From an uncultured Hyperthermus sp. (GTDB lineage: Archaea > Thermoproteota > Thermoprotei_A > Sulfolobales > Pyrodictiaceae), in the NCBI GenBank assembly GCA_964542985.1, contig CAZIWH010000002.1:3674-67673 (forward strand): DNA of 64,000 nucleotides. Reading direction: 5' to 3'. Positions within the stretch are counted from its first letter, which is position 1, and each line of letters begins with the position of its first letter. Both the position numbers and the translations under genes were made by a program. Of this stretch, positions 45,369 through 54,457 are shown piece by piece. The notes under the pieces are model-generated. The model did no database searches. It was not told the DNA's origin and worked only from the letters and a program-made list of their open reading frames with translations.

Positions 45369-46147
45369 CAGAGGTACTCGAACTCCGCCTCGAGCAGCCC
45401 CTGGAGCTTGTACCTTATTTTTAGGAAGCGCTCCCCGCACTCCCCAGCTTCGAGGCTCTCCCCAGCCCACTTCTCCACGAGCCCTATGAGCCACCGAGAG
45501 AGCCTGCCGTAGGCCACCCTTGTGTCCATGACGGTCTTCCTTAGTAGAGCCGGATCCGGTGCAGTAACTACTGCCTCCCCGGGGCCCTCGAGCCCGGCGG
45601 CGGTCAGCCCGGCGAGCGCGAGCGCATACACAGAGCCCGGAACTGTGACCTTGCAGCGCACCCCCCTTCTCCTGGCCAGCACCGTATAGCTGCCAGCAGT
45701 GCCTGCATAGCCTGCCTGCCTCCAGCCTCTCCCCACACCTCGGCCGGCCCCAAGGCCTAGCCCGGCGGCGGCCAGGATCGGCTCGGCGCAGAGCACAGTT
45801 GAGCTGTCGGCCAGCTTCTCCTCAAATACTGCGAGCGCCTCAGCCTCCTCATCCAGCCCCCATAGGAGGGGCCTCCACCGGGGCTCAGCGAGCGGCCACT
45901 CCTCCTCAGCCGCGTCGAGTGCGTCATAGTAGGCCTCGATGGCGTATTCATAGAAGTAGTCCAGGCCGGTCACGTGGCCGGCCGCTATAGCTGCATGGGG
46001 GTATGCGAACATGCCTACAGCTCCACGGTAGCCTGTATCCCGTAGCCTTGAGAGCACCCAGTCGAGGAACGGCCTAGCCCACTGCTCCGGCGGCTCCACA
46101 AGAGCCTTCACGCCTACCCTGCACCCATATGCTCTAGACCCGGCCAC
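45365..46147 (-). CDS. Hypothetical protein
   Basis: 260-aa ORF with genome-typical codon usage and no motif recognised. Its stop overlaps the pmbA stop (CTAG). Confidence 0.3.
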   Translation of the reverse strand: MAGSRAYGCRVGVKALVEPPEQWARPFLDWVLSRLRDTGYRGAVGMFAYPHAAIAAGHVTGLDYFYEYAIEAYYDALDAAEEEWPLAEPRWRPLLWGLDEEAEALAVFEEKLADSSTVLCAEPILAAAGLGLGAGRGVGRGWRQAGYAGTAGSYTVLARRRGVRCKVTVPGSVYALALAGLTAAGLEGPGEAVVTAPDPALLRKTVMDTRVAYGRLSRWLIGLVEKWAGESLEAGECGERFLKIRYKLQGLLEAEFEYLC

Positions 46148-46297
46148 ACATCACGCCGGGCTATAAGCTGGGGGAGCCGGCTGTCGCATCATTTTATCGA
46201 GGGTTCACGGGGAACACTTGTTTTAAGGCCTGGATGCTATGCGTGGCTGCGAGCCTAAACAGACTAGGCCCGTGGAGATAGGTGGAGGGGCCCCCTC

Positions 46298-47671
46298 TTG
46301 GCTAGTCGAATGATGGCGTTTGCAGTAGCTCTCATAATTGTGGCCGCGGCAGGGTTGGCGGCACTGTACCTCTTTGGGCTCGCGGGCAACGAGGCCCAGA
46401 GGGGCGTGAAGCTCGTCATAGTCACCAGGCTCTCCCCGGAGGAGCAGAAGGATCTCCGCCAAGCGTTCCTAAACACGAGCTTCGCTAGGAATTATGGTAT
46501 AAGGGACATAGAGTTCATGAAGGTACCTTACGCCGAGTGGGCGAGCCTCGCCGAGAGTGGTAGGGTTGACGGCTTCCTCATAGGCGAGAAGATCGTCTAC
46601 GATGGCTTGTGTCGCGGCGGCCACCTAGCAGTGTTCGACATGAAGAAGCTCATAGAGGTCGTTGAAAGCCTCGACCCTCGTTACAGGGGCGAGGCGTCGG
46701 GGGGCGGCTACTGCTGGGTCGCAGTAGGCCAGGCCGTCTACGGCTACATAGTCAACAAGAGGTTCCTCCAAGCCCATGGGCTTCCGGAGCCCGAGACCTG
46801 GGGCAGTCTCATGAACCCCGTCTACCTCAAGCCCCTCCTCGAGAACGCAGAGACGGTCTCCTACCCGAGGCCCAGCATGAGCGGCACAGCGAGAACCGTG
46901 ATGCACGGCATATTGCAGCGCTACGGTTGGGACCGCGGCTGGGAGCTGCTCACAGTGATAGGCATGGAGGCCAGGATAGTGGGTAGCTCGGAGAAAGCAC
47001 GGGATCAGGCGGCGGAAGGCGTGGTGGGCGTCGCGCCAGCCTACATAGGCTACGGCATAGAGGCCGAGAAGGTTGGGAAAGACGCAGTGTTCGAGATACC
47101 GAGGCACGAAGGCATCCTCTACCTCAGCCTGGCTGCTGTGGCTAAGAAGGCGCCGCACCCTAAGGCCATGGAGGCTTTCATCCTCTGGCTCCTCAGCGAC
47201 GAGGGGCAGAAGGCGCTGGCGAGACTCTACTACTACATACCGGTCCGCCCCGTGAAGGGTATAGAGTGGGTTGAACGCATATACAACGAGATGAAGGGCA
47301 ACCTTTTCAACTATAACCGTACGCTCGCAGAGCGCGTAGACCTCGCTGCAACCACCTATTTTGAGGCAGCCATAGCCGACCCAGACTCCAACGCGCTTCT
47401 AAAAGAGATAGGGTCGAGAATAGCGAGGCTGATGGAAGAGGGAAAGATGAGCAAGGAGGAGGCCGAGAAGTTGCTAGCCGAGACAGGCAAGCCTCTTCAG
47501 ATAAAGGATCCGTGGACGGGGAAGAGAACGGCCTTCACGCTGAAGTACGCCGAGGCGGTAAACTCCAAGCTTCAGAGCCCCAAGAACCGCCAGCTCTTCT
47601 ACAACGCTGTGAAGGACGCAGCTGTGGCGAGGTACCACGAGATACTACAGCGGCTTAGCGCGGGAGGCTGA
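46298..47671 (+). CDS. ABC transporter substrate-binding protein (family-1/iron(III)-type) with N-terminal membrane anchor
   Basis: N-terminal helix MMAFAVALIIVAAAGLAALYLF followed by a periplasmic-binding-protein-like body. TTTTAAG at 46221-46227 and GGTGGAGG about 10 nt before the TTG at 46298. Confidence 0.65.
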   Translation: MASRMMAFAVALIIVAAAGLAALYLFGLAGNEAQRGVKLVIVTRLSPEEQKDLRQAFLNTSFARNYGIRDIEFMKVPYAEWASLAESGRVDGFLIGEKIVYDGLCRGGHLAVFDMKKLIEVVESLDPRYRGEASGGGYCWVAVGQAVYGYIVNKRFLQAHGLPEPETWGSLMNPVYLKPLLENAETVSYPRPSMSGTARTVMHGILQRYGWDRGWELLTVIGMEARIVGSSEKARDQAAEGVVGVAPAYIGYGIEAEKVGKDAVFEIPRHEGILYLSLAAVAKKAPHPKAMEAFILWLLSDEGQKALARLYYYIPVRPVKGIEWVERIYNEMKGNLFNYNRTLAERVDLAATTYFEAAIADPDSNALLKEIGSRIARLMEEGKMSKEEAEKLLAETGKPLQIKDPWTGKRTAFTLKYAEAVNSKLQSPKNRQLFYNAVKDAAVARYHEILQRLSAGG

Positions 47672-47674
47672 ACC

Positions 47675-49405
47675 GTGGCCGAAGCCTGGCGCTACGCGGG
47701 CATTGCCGCGACAGCAGTAGTGGCGTCAACGTTGCTCCTCGTCGCCGTGGGGCTGCTCCGTTTTGGTGCAGCATCGGCGCTCGTGCTTGCGGCCAGGGAG
47801 CCTGGCATATTCTACCCGGCAGCTCATCCGCCCTTGGTCTCCTCGACGAGAATAGATGGTAGCCTCGTAGTGTTTATCCGAGGCCCGAGTCTAGGGAGCG
47901 TCGGCAACAGTCTCCTAGTTGCGCTGTTCTCCTCGCTTGCGGCCACAGTAGCGGGGCTGGTGGCTGCTTCCTCGGCCTATCTCTACAGTGGTGTCAGGAG
48001 GCTCTGGTGGCTTGTGGCAGTCGCGGCGCTCGGGATACCCTTCGTCGAGGCCTATGTCGTGGAGAGGCTCTTCAGCCTCGAGTTCGGCCTGCCGAGGCTG
48101 CTGCTCCGCCACGGCTTCCCCCTGGTCCTCGTCCCGACGGGGTTGGCGGCGGTAGCGTTCTACGAGGCCTTCGCGTTCACCCCCTTCGCAGCCGCCATTG
48201 TCGGGAGCTACCTGTTCTCGGTGCCGCGAGAGGAGGTCGAGGCTGCTATACAAATGGGCGCTCGTGGGCCAAGGCTGTTGCTGCTGCTCGCCAGGCTGGC
48301 GGCCCCAGCGGTCGCCGCCTCGTTCTTCTTCGGAGTGCTCTACGTGGTGGATGACGTCTCGGGGCCCTTCGTGTTCTCCGGAGATCCTCTTGCTCGGAGT
48401 CTCCTCTCGTACCGCGCCTACACATATTTCGCCGAGGCCGCGTCGGGGTTGTTCTCTGCCCAGGGCGTGGGCTACGCTGTTCTCCTCCTCCTAGTAGCTC
48501 TGCCCTTCTTCGCGGCGGCCTATATCGTGCAGGGCAGGATGGTGAGGGAGAAGGGCCACGAGACCGGCGGCTCCATCATGCATGGTGCCTCGCCCCTCTG
48601 GCTCCTCGCTTTCCTAGCCGCGGTGGGGCCTTCGGCAGCTATGCGCCTCTTCTCAGTCGCCTACGCGTTCTCCGACAGGTGGGTCGCCTCGCTTCTCCCA
48701 GAGCCTGGCCTGGGGAGCATTAAGCTGCTAGCGGGTCTCCCCGACGTGCTCAAGGCGGCGCTTAACAGCGGCGTCTACGCCGCAGTAGCTGCTGCCGCTA
48801 TAGCGGCTATAGGGGGCCTCATGGCCTGGCATGTTGCTAGGAGGCTTCCCTGCTCCGGGCTTGTCGAGGCTGCAGCTGTGCTGCCGCTTGCGGTGCCGGG
48901 CGTTACGATGGCCTACGGGTTGCTGCTCGTCGTCCTCTCCCTCGGCGGGTCCATAGCCAAGCTGCTGCTCTCCTGGCCCGTCCCCCTGCTGCTCTTGGGC
49001 TACTTTGTGAGAAGGCTTCCTCTCTACTACTACGCCGCCCGCGCCGTAGTCAACACGGTGCCCCGTGAGGCCGAGGAGGCTGCGGCCAACCTTGGAGCAT
49101 CCCTCGGCATAATCTACCGTAGCATCACGGCGCCGCTAGTATTCAGCAAGACGTTGTCAATCCTAGTCTTCGTAGCGGTCTCTGTTGCGGGTGAAGTGAG
49201 CCTCTCCGTGACGATAGGCGGTCTCGGGGGAGGCACCGGGTGGGGCCATCCGGCGCCACTAATGTACATCGTGGCGGGCTACATGGGGTACAGTGGCCTA
49301 AAATACGGTGGCGCCATGGCTGCGGCTGCACTGCTCTCCTACAGCCTCGCCGCAGTCCTAACCCTGACCGCCACCAGGCTCCTCTTCCTCCGCCGGCGAG
49401 GGTAG
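47675..49405 (+). CDS. ABC transporter permease with two fused MetI-like domains (FbpB/ThiP type)
   Basis: About 12 TM helices and two EAA loops (EAAIQMGARGPRLL; EEAAANLGASLGIIY). Confidence 0.7.
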   Translation: MAEAWRYAGIAATAVVASTLLLVAVGLLRFGAASALVLAAREPGIFYPAAHPPLVSSTRIDGSLVVFIRGPSLGSVGNSLLVALFSSLAATVAGLVAASSAYLYSGVRRLWWLVAVAALGIPFVEAYVVERLFSLEFGLPRLLLRHGFPLVLVPTGLAAVAFYEAFAFTPFAAAIVGSYLFSVPREEVEAAIQMGARGPRLLLLLARLAAPAVAASFFFGVLYVVDDVSGPFVFSGDPLARSLLSYRAYTYFAEAASGLFSAQGVGYAVLLLLVALPFFAAAYIVQGRMVREKGHETGGSIMHGASPLWLLAFLAAVGPSAAMRLFSVAYAFSDRWVASLLPEPGLGSIKLLAGLPDVLKAALNSGVYAAVAAAAIAAIGGLMAWHVARRLPCSGLVEAAAVLPLAVPGVTMAYGLLLVVLSLGGSIAKLLLSWPVPLLLLGYFVRRLPLYYYAARAVVNTVPREAEEAAANLGASLGIIYRSITAPLVFSKTLSILVFVAVSVAGEVSLSVTIGGLGGGTGWGHPAPLMYIVAGYMGYSGLKYGGAMAAAALLSYSLAAVLTLTATRLLFLRRRG

Positions 49406-50602
49406 CGCGATAGCCAGCCGCCTCCGGGCGGCGCGGAGGGCTAGCTCGCCTGCGAGCCAGGGAGAGCGGAGGACAGGAGCCTCGGGTAGGGGGCCCTCCC
49501 AGAGCCTCTTCACGACAGCTGCCGCGGAGGCGGCCGAGACACCCGGTAGAGGCCCCTTGTCGAGGAGGAGCTGCTTGAGGTAGAGAAGAGGCTTGGCTAG
49601 GGCGTGGCTGAAGCGCCAGAGCCGCTGCTCCAGGAAAGTCTCAAAGGGGATCCAGCTGTACCACTTGCTCCACTCCTTCTTCAGCACCTTCTCTACGAGC
49701 TCCGGGTCCTCCAGGGGTGCCCTATCCCACGCGAACTCGTAGAGGCTCTTGTAGGGACAGAGGCTGCAGGCAACCCTGGGTAGGCCGTCAAGGTAATCTG
49801 GGTGGACGAGGCCTAGGTTGCGGACAAGCTTAACCACGTCAAGGAGTGTGAAGAGGTAGGTTGGCCTAAACTTCCTGCCCGCCAGAAGTACGCGGGCGGC
49901 GAGTGCCTTGGAGAGCCTGGCGAACCTCTTTGGCGACTCAGTGAGTCTGTCTCCTATGACCTCTACCAGTCGTGGGTCCTCCTTCCTGAGTATCCTCATA
50001 GGCTTGGCCTTGTAGACCGTGCAATATCTGTACCCCCTACGCGGCAGCCCCCTCCACTTCATAAGAGTCTTCATCTCCCTCCTCGGCGCCTCAACGATAT
50101 CTATTTCTATGCTAAGCCTTCGGGCAACTGTCTCCACGAAGCGGACACTCCTTTCAGATTCCAAGAACGGGATATGAATGTACATGACGTGGAGCTTTAT
50201 TGGCACATACTCGGCGAGACGCAGCAGCACCGCGAGAGCAGCGACCGAGTCCTTGCCGCCACTGAAGCCCAACAGTACCCTGCGTCCACGCAGCTCTCTC
50301 CCAACAACCCGCCTGAGATAATCCACGTAATCGTCTAGGCTGCTCACAGCATAAGCATGCACGTAAGGCGGCGAAGCCACCCAGGAAGCCAGAGGCGCAA
50401 ACCCCCTTCCACCAGGCCCCTCGAGTTCAAGCGTGCCACGCCTCGAGAGTAGCCCCGTTACATCCCATGCCTCGAAGGGGGTCATCCAGAGATAGTAGCG
50501 GCAGCCGCCTCTGAAGCTACAGTATCTAAAGGCGTCACCGCCGCTGCCAGCAGCGCCCTGGAGCCTGCCGGAGCCATCGAGCACGGGGTATAGCTCCGTC
50601 AC
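49358..50602 (-). CDS. PP-loop ATP pyrophosphatase of the PAPS-reductase/DndC-like family (paralogue A)
   Basis: LLGFSGGKDSVAALAVL (PP-loop), …RYCTVYKAKP… and …RVACSLCPY… It has unique N-terminal (about 125 aa) and C-terminal (about 140 aa) regions. Confidence 0.65.
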   Translation of the reverse strand: MTELYPVLDGSGRLQGAAGSGGDAFRYCSFRGGCRYYLWMTPFEAWDVTGLLSRRGTLELEGPGGRGFAPLASWVASPPYVHAYAVSSLDDYVDYLRRVVGRELRGRRVLLGFSGGKDSVAALAVLLRLAEYVPIKLHVMYIHIPFLESERSVRFVETVARRLSIEIDIVEAPRREMKTLMKWRGLPRRGYRYCTVYKAKPMRILRKEDPRLVEVIGDRLTESPKRFARLSKALAARVLLAGRKFRPTYLFTLLDVVKLVRNLGLVHPDYLDGLPRVACSLCPYKSLYEFAWDRAPLEDPELVEKVLKKEWSKWYSWIPFETFLEQRLWRFSHALAKPLLYLKQLLLDKGPLPGVSAASAAAVVKRLWEGPLPEAPVLRSPWLAGELALRAARRRLAIALPSPAEEEEPGGGQG

Positions 50603-50619
50603 CTCTCTCCGTCCCCGCG

Positions 50620-50633
50620 GCCGCCATGGCGGC
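50620..50633. promoter_or_regulatory. Perfect 14-bp palindrome GCCGCCATGGCGGC in the divergent promoter region of the two PP-loop paralogues
   Basis: Read directly from the sequence. It lies 18 nt upstream of the paralogue A start and about 10 nt from a TTAATT TATA-like element (50645-50650). Confidence 0.4.
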
Positions 50634-50711
50634 TGCAGCCAGGTTAATTGCGGCCACGCGGCTCACGCCGAGCCATAGAGGGGTTCCGGTAGCCGCTGCG
50701 AGGGTCGCGCG

Positions 50712-52082
50712 GTGTTCACGTTCGTAGTCCGCAGCAAGAGGGACGCAGACGCGCTGCGAGCGATGGTGCAGCGATTCTACAGCGGCTGGGGCGTCGAGGT
50801 TAAGACGCTTCACGGGGCCCGCGGCGCGGAAGCCATACTCAAGGCTGTTTCAAGCATAGTGTCCTCCAGGGGGTTCTACATAATCCTGCTGGGCAGGGAG
50901 GATAGGGAGGCGGCCCGCGTACTTGAGGCGGAGCTTCCGCCAAACGCGGCGGCGCATGTCGTTCCCAAGGCGAGGGTGAGGAATGCTAGGCTTGAGCAAC
51001 TCTACGTTGAGACATTGAGGGCTAGGGCCAGGCTACGCCTAGCAGCCTCGTGGGGTGAAGACAGCTACCTGTTGAGCTGGAGAGGCAGGAGGTTAGAGGA
51101 CTACACGGTTGACCTTAGCTTCGACAACTTCATCGGGCTAGGGAGTTTTGCCCGCCTCGTCTCAATGCTCACGGGAAGCGAGGTCGGCGAGAACCCCCTG
51201 GTCCTCCGCCTCCAAGGAGGGCTACACTACGTCTACAACGGGGTCAGGGTCCGCGCCCTACTCGAGGTGGGCGACGAGGGTTATCGGCCGCGGGCCAGGA
51301 TAATGGAGGGTGAGCCCGTATCGGTTCCCCTAAGCCGTCTCGTTGACGCCAACCGCGAGGTAGTAGAGGCGCTTGCAGAGGCCTCAGCGGGGTTCCTACG
51401 CAGCCTTGGGGATTTTGACCGGGTGGTAGTGCCGTGGAGCGGCGGGAAGGATAGCACGGCCGCGCTGCTGTTAGCCATAAGGGTCTACGGGCGCCGGAAG
51501 GTGGTGGCCGTCTATGGGGACACGGGCACGGAGTTCCCAGACACCGTCCACTACGTGGAGGAGGTGGCCTCGAGGCTCGGTGTCGAATTCCACCGGGTCT
51601 ACGCGGGGGTTGACGAGGCGCTGCGCCGGGGCGCGCCGATGCCCAACCACAGCAACCGCTGGTGCACAGGCCTAAAGGTTCGAGCCATAGAGTCAAAGAT
51701 AAAGGAGCTGGTCGAGGGTAGAACCCTCGTGCTCATAGGAGATCGTGACGCCGAGTCGCCGGCTAGGAGCGACAGGCCGCCGGCGAGGCCCGGTCCAGGA
51801 GGCTCAATAGCGGCGGCGCCCCTGAAGCCCTGGAGCGGGGCGGCCGTGCAGCTCTACGTGCTCTCCCACGGCGTTCCGCTGAACCCGATGTACAGCCGCG
51901 GCTTTTACCGCGTAGGCTGCTACATGTGTCCAGCCCTCCGCAACTGGGAGCTGTACGCAATGCTCCACGACCGCGGTCTCTGCATCAGGCTGGCGGGGAG
52001 CCCGATATACCGCAGGTTTATCCACAGCCGCCTCTACCGGCGCCGGGGAGAGGAGGGAGGCGGTGCTGAGAACCCCGGATGA
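50712..52082 (+). CDS. PP-loop ATP pyrophosphatase of the PAPS-reductase/DndC-like family (paralogue B) with an about 235-aa N-terminal extension
   Basis: VVPWSGGKDSTAALLLA (PP-loop), …NRWCTGLKVRA… and …RVGCYMCPA…. Confidence 0.65.
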   Translation: MFTFVVRSKRDADALRAMVQRFYSGWGVEVKTLHGARGAEAILKAVSSIVSSRGFYIILLGREDREAARVLEAELPPNAAAHVVPKARVRNARLEQLYVETLRARARLRLAASWGEDSYLLSWRGRRLEDYTVDLSFDNFIGLGSFARLVSMLTGSEVGENPLVLRLQGGLHYVYNGVRVRALLEVGDEGYRPRARIMEGEPVSVPLSRLVDANREVVEALAEASAGFLRSLGDFDRVVVPWSGGKDSTAALLLAIRVYGRRKVVAVYGDTGTEFPDTVHYVEEVASRLGVEFHRVYAGVDEALRRGAPMPNHSNRWCTGLKVRAIESKIKELVEGRTLVLIGDRDAESPARSDRPPARPGPGGSIAAAPLKPWSGAAVQLYVLSHGVPLNPMYSRGFYRVGCYMCPALRNWELYAMLHDRGLCIRLAGSPIYRRFIHSRLYRRRGEEGGGAENPG

Positions 52083-52169
52083 GGCCTCCGACCCCTCTCC
52101 GTGGGGGTGAAGCCTTCAGCGGCGGCTGAGCCCCTCCCTTCCCCCGCTCTGCTTACAAGGTGCTGCTTC

Positions 52170-54329
52170 ATGAGGCTGGAGGGCTACCCTGCCAAGGTGC
52201 TGGAGGCGCTCGGCATAGAGGAGCTGTTCCCGCCGCAGAGAAAGGCCCTTACGGCTGGGATCCTGGACGGGAGGAGCGTCGTCGTCTCCTCGCCCACAGG
52301 GAGCGGGAAGAGCCTCATAGCCCTCCTGGCTGCCGCCTCTAGGCTGGAGGAAGGTGGCCGTGTCGTCTACGTGGCCCCCCTCCGTAGCCTTGTCTACGAG
52401 AGAGCTGAGGAGTGGCGCCGCGTCCTGGAGCCCCTAGGTATGCGCGTCGCGGTCTCGACCGGAGACTATGACAGGGTTGAGCCCTGGCTTGGCCGCGCTG
52501 ACACGGTGTTGTTGACCTATGAGAAGCTTGACTCCCTGCTCCGCCATGGAGTCGAGTGGCTGCGTCGTGTATCGCTCCTAGTTGTCGACGAGGCCCACTA
52601 CATTGGGGACAAGACGCGTGGCCCCGTCCTTGAGTTGGCGGTAGCGAGGATGACCACGCTGAACCCCGGGCTACAAGTGGTAGCGATGAGCGCGACGATA
52701 CCTAACGCTGGCGAGATAGCGGGATGGCTCTCGGCCAGGCTCGTCGAGTCGGACTGGAGGCCAGTGCCGCTCCGTGAAGGGGTTGCGAGGGCCGGCACCG
52801 TGCTCTGGAGCGATGGAGGCGAGGATGAGTACGACAGGCTGACGGGGAACACGAGCCTCGACCTCGCGCTCGACGCTGTGGCTGAGGGAGGCCAGGCCCT
52901 GGTGTTCGTGCAGAGCAGGAGAAAGGCCGTGGCCCTCGCCAGGAAGCTCTACGAGGCGGCCTCCAGGCCAGGTGTCTCCGGCCTCCTCCCGAGCCTTGAT
53001 CCTCCTCCTCTCCGTGGCCTCCTCGAGCGCCCCGAGCATCGCAGCCTCAACTCGTTGCTGGCGCAACTCTCCTCCCGCGGGATAGGCTTCCACCATGCGG
53101 GGCTAGCGAGCTACCAGAGAGAGGCCGTGGAGAAGGCCTTCAGGGAGAGGAGGCTCTTGGTTCTCTTCGCGACGCCTACCCTAGCGGCTGGCGTCAATCT
53201 ACCCGCAAGGAGGGTTGTCGTGGATTCCCTTTACCGCTACTCCGGTGGCAGGAGTGAGCCGATAACCGTGTCGGAGTATAAGCAGCTCGCGGGCCGGGCT
53301 GGGAGGCCGGGTCTCGACAAGGTGGGCGAGGCAGTCATAGCGGCTAGGAGTGAGGAGGCGTTCTGGAACAGCTACTACGGCTACGTGAAGGGCTCCCCGG
53401 AGCCTGTGGTCTCGAAGCTTGTCTCCGAGAAAGCACTCCGCAGCCAGGTTCTCGCAGCAGCCTGCGGCAGCGGCCCCGGCGTTGTAGAGGTGTTTGAGCA
53501 CACCTTCTACGCCTACCTCTACGGCAGCCCGGCTCGCGAGGTAGAGGCTACGCTTAGGAAGCTAGAGGAGATGGGGATGGTGGTCGGCGGCGAGGCCACG
53601 AGGCTCGGCCGCCGCGTGGCAGAGCTCTACATAGACCCGTTGACAGCCTGGAGGATGCGCAGAGGTCTGGAGAGGCTCTGGACAAGCAGCCTCGAGCTTA
53701 GGGATGTGTTGTTCCTAAGCCTCTGGAACAGCGACGCCGTTCTGCTGCGGCCGCCGCGCGGCGAGGCGTTGGGCCTGGAGGCTGAGGCCGAGGAGTACCT
53801 TGAGGGCCTGGGCTTCCACTATGGCGGCGACTATCTTGAGCCCGACATAGCTGTGGCGGCCAAGGCGCTCTACACCGCGGAGATGCTCAGTGAGTGGATA
53901 AACGGCGTGCAGGAGGATATCCTCTTGGAGCACTACGGGATAGACCCCGGCGACCTACGTGCGGTCGTGGAGACTGCTGCGTGGCTGGCCTACTCCATTG
54001 CCCAGATAGCAGGGATAATGGGCCATCCAGCGGCAGGACAGCTCGCCGACCTGGAGATCATGGTTAAGTATGGTGTCCCCCGGGAACTTGTGCCCCTCGT
54101 CAAGCTGCCCGGTATAGGGAGGGTGCGTGCCCGGCTCCTATACGAGGCCGGTCTACGCAGCCCCGAGGAGGTGGCCAAGCTGAGCCCAGATCAGCTCAGC
54201 AGGCTCATCAAGGGGCTCGGGGAGACGCGTGCAAGGGAGACGGTGGAGGCCGCGGCCCAGAGCAGCGGAGGCGGCGGGGCCAAGAAGAGGGGACAGACCA
54301 GGCTCCTGGACTTCCTTGGAGGGCGGTGA
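52170..54329 (+). CDS. hel308: Hel308/Hjm Ski2-like DNA helicase
   Basis: SSPTGSGKS (motif I), VVDEAHYIGD (DEAH), SAT, …FHHAGL…, …ATPTLAAGVNLPARRVV… and a C-terminal HhH LPGIGRVRARLLYEAG. Start at ATG 52170 (MRLEGYPAKV…). Confidence 0.9.
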   Translation: MRLEGYPAKVLEALGIEELFPPQRKALTAGILDGRSVVVSSPTGSGKSLIALLAAASRLEEGGRVVYVAPLRSLVYERAEEWRRVLEPLGMRVAVSTGDYDRVEPWLGRADTVLLTYEKLDSLLRHGVEWLRRVSLLVVDEAHYIGDKTRGPVLELAVARMTTLNPGLQVVAMSATIPNAGEIAGWLSARLVESDWRPVPLREGVARAGTVLWSDGGEDEYDRLTGNTSLDLALDAVAEGGQALVFVQSRRKAVALARKLYEAASRPGVSGLLPSLDPPPLRGLLERPEHRSLNSLLAQLSSRGIGFHHAGLASYQREAVEKAFRERRLLVLFATPTLAAGVNLPARRVVVDSLYRYSGGRSEPITVSEYKQLAGRAGRPGLDKVGEAVIAARSEEAFWNSYYGYVKGSPEPVVSKLVSEKALRSQVLAAACGSGPGVVEVFEHTFYAYLYGSPAREVEATLRKLEEMGMVVGGEATRLGRRVAELYIDPLTAWRMRRGLERLWTSSLELRDVLFLSLWNSDAVLLRPPRGEALGLEAEAEEYLEGLGFHYGGDYLEPDIAVAAKALYTAEMLSEWINGVQEDILLEHYGIDPGDLRAVVETAAWLAYSIAQIAGIMGHPAAGQLADLEIMVKYGVPRELVPLVKLPGIGRVRARLLYEAGLRSPEEVAKLSPDQLSRLIKGLGETRARETVEAAAQSSGGGGAKKRGQTRLLDFLGGR

Positions 54330-54408
54330 GCGGACCGCCAGTGTCCGACCACCCTCTCGCCGTGGGGGTGGTGTGAGGAGCGTTTCGCCGCAGCGAGCCT
54401 CCGCAATG

Positions 54409-54413
54409 TTTTT
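54409..54413 (+). terminator. T5 tract downstream of hel308
   Basis: ATGTTTTTGTAG lies 80 nt after the stop. Oligo-T is the usual archaeal termination signal. Confidence 0.35.
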
Positions 54414-54457
54414 GTAGAAGCGGCTGCGCGACTCGCTCAATTCATGGGTGACGAAGA

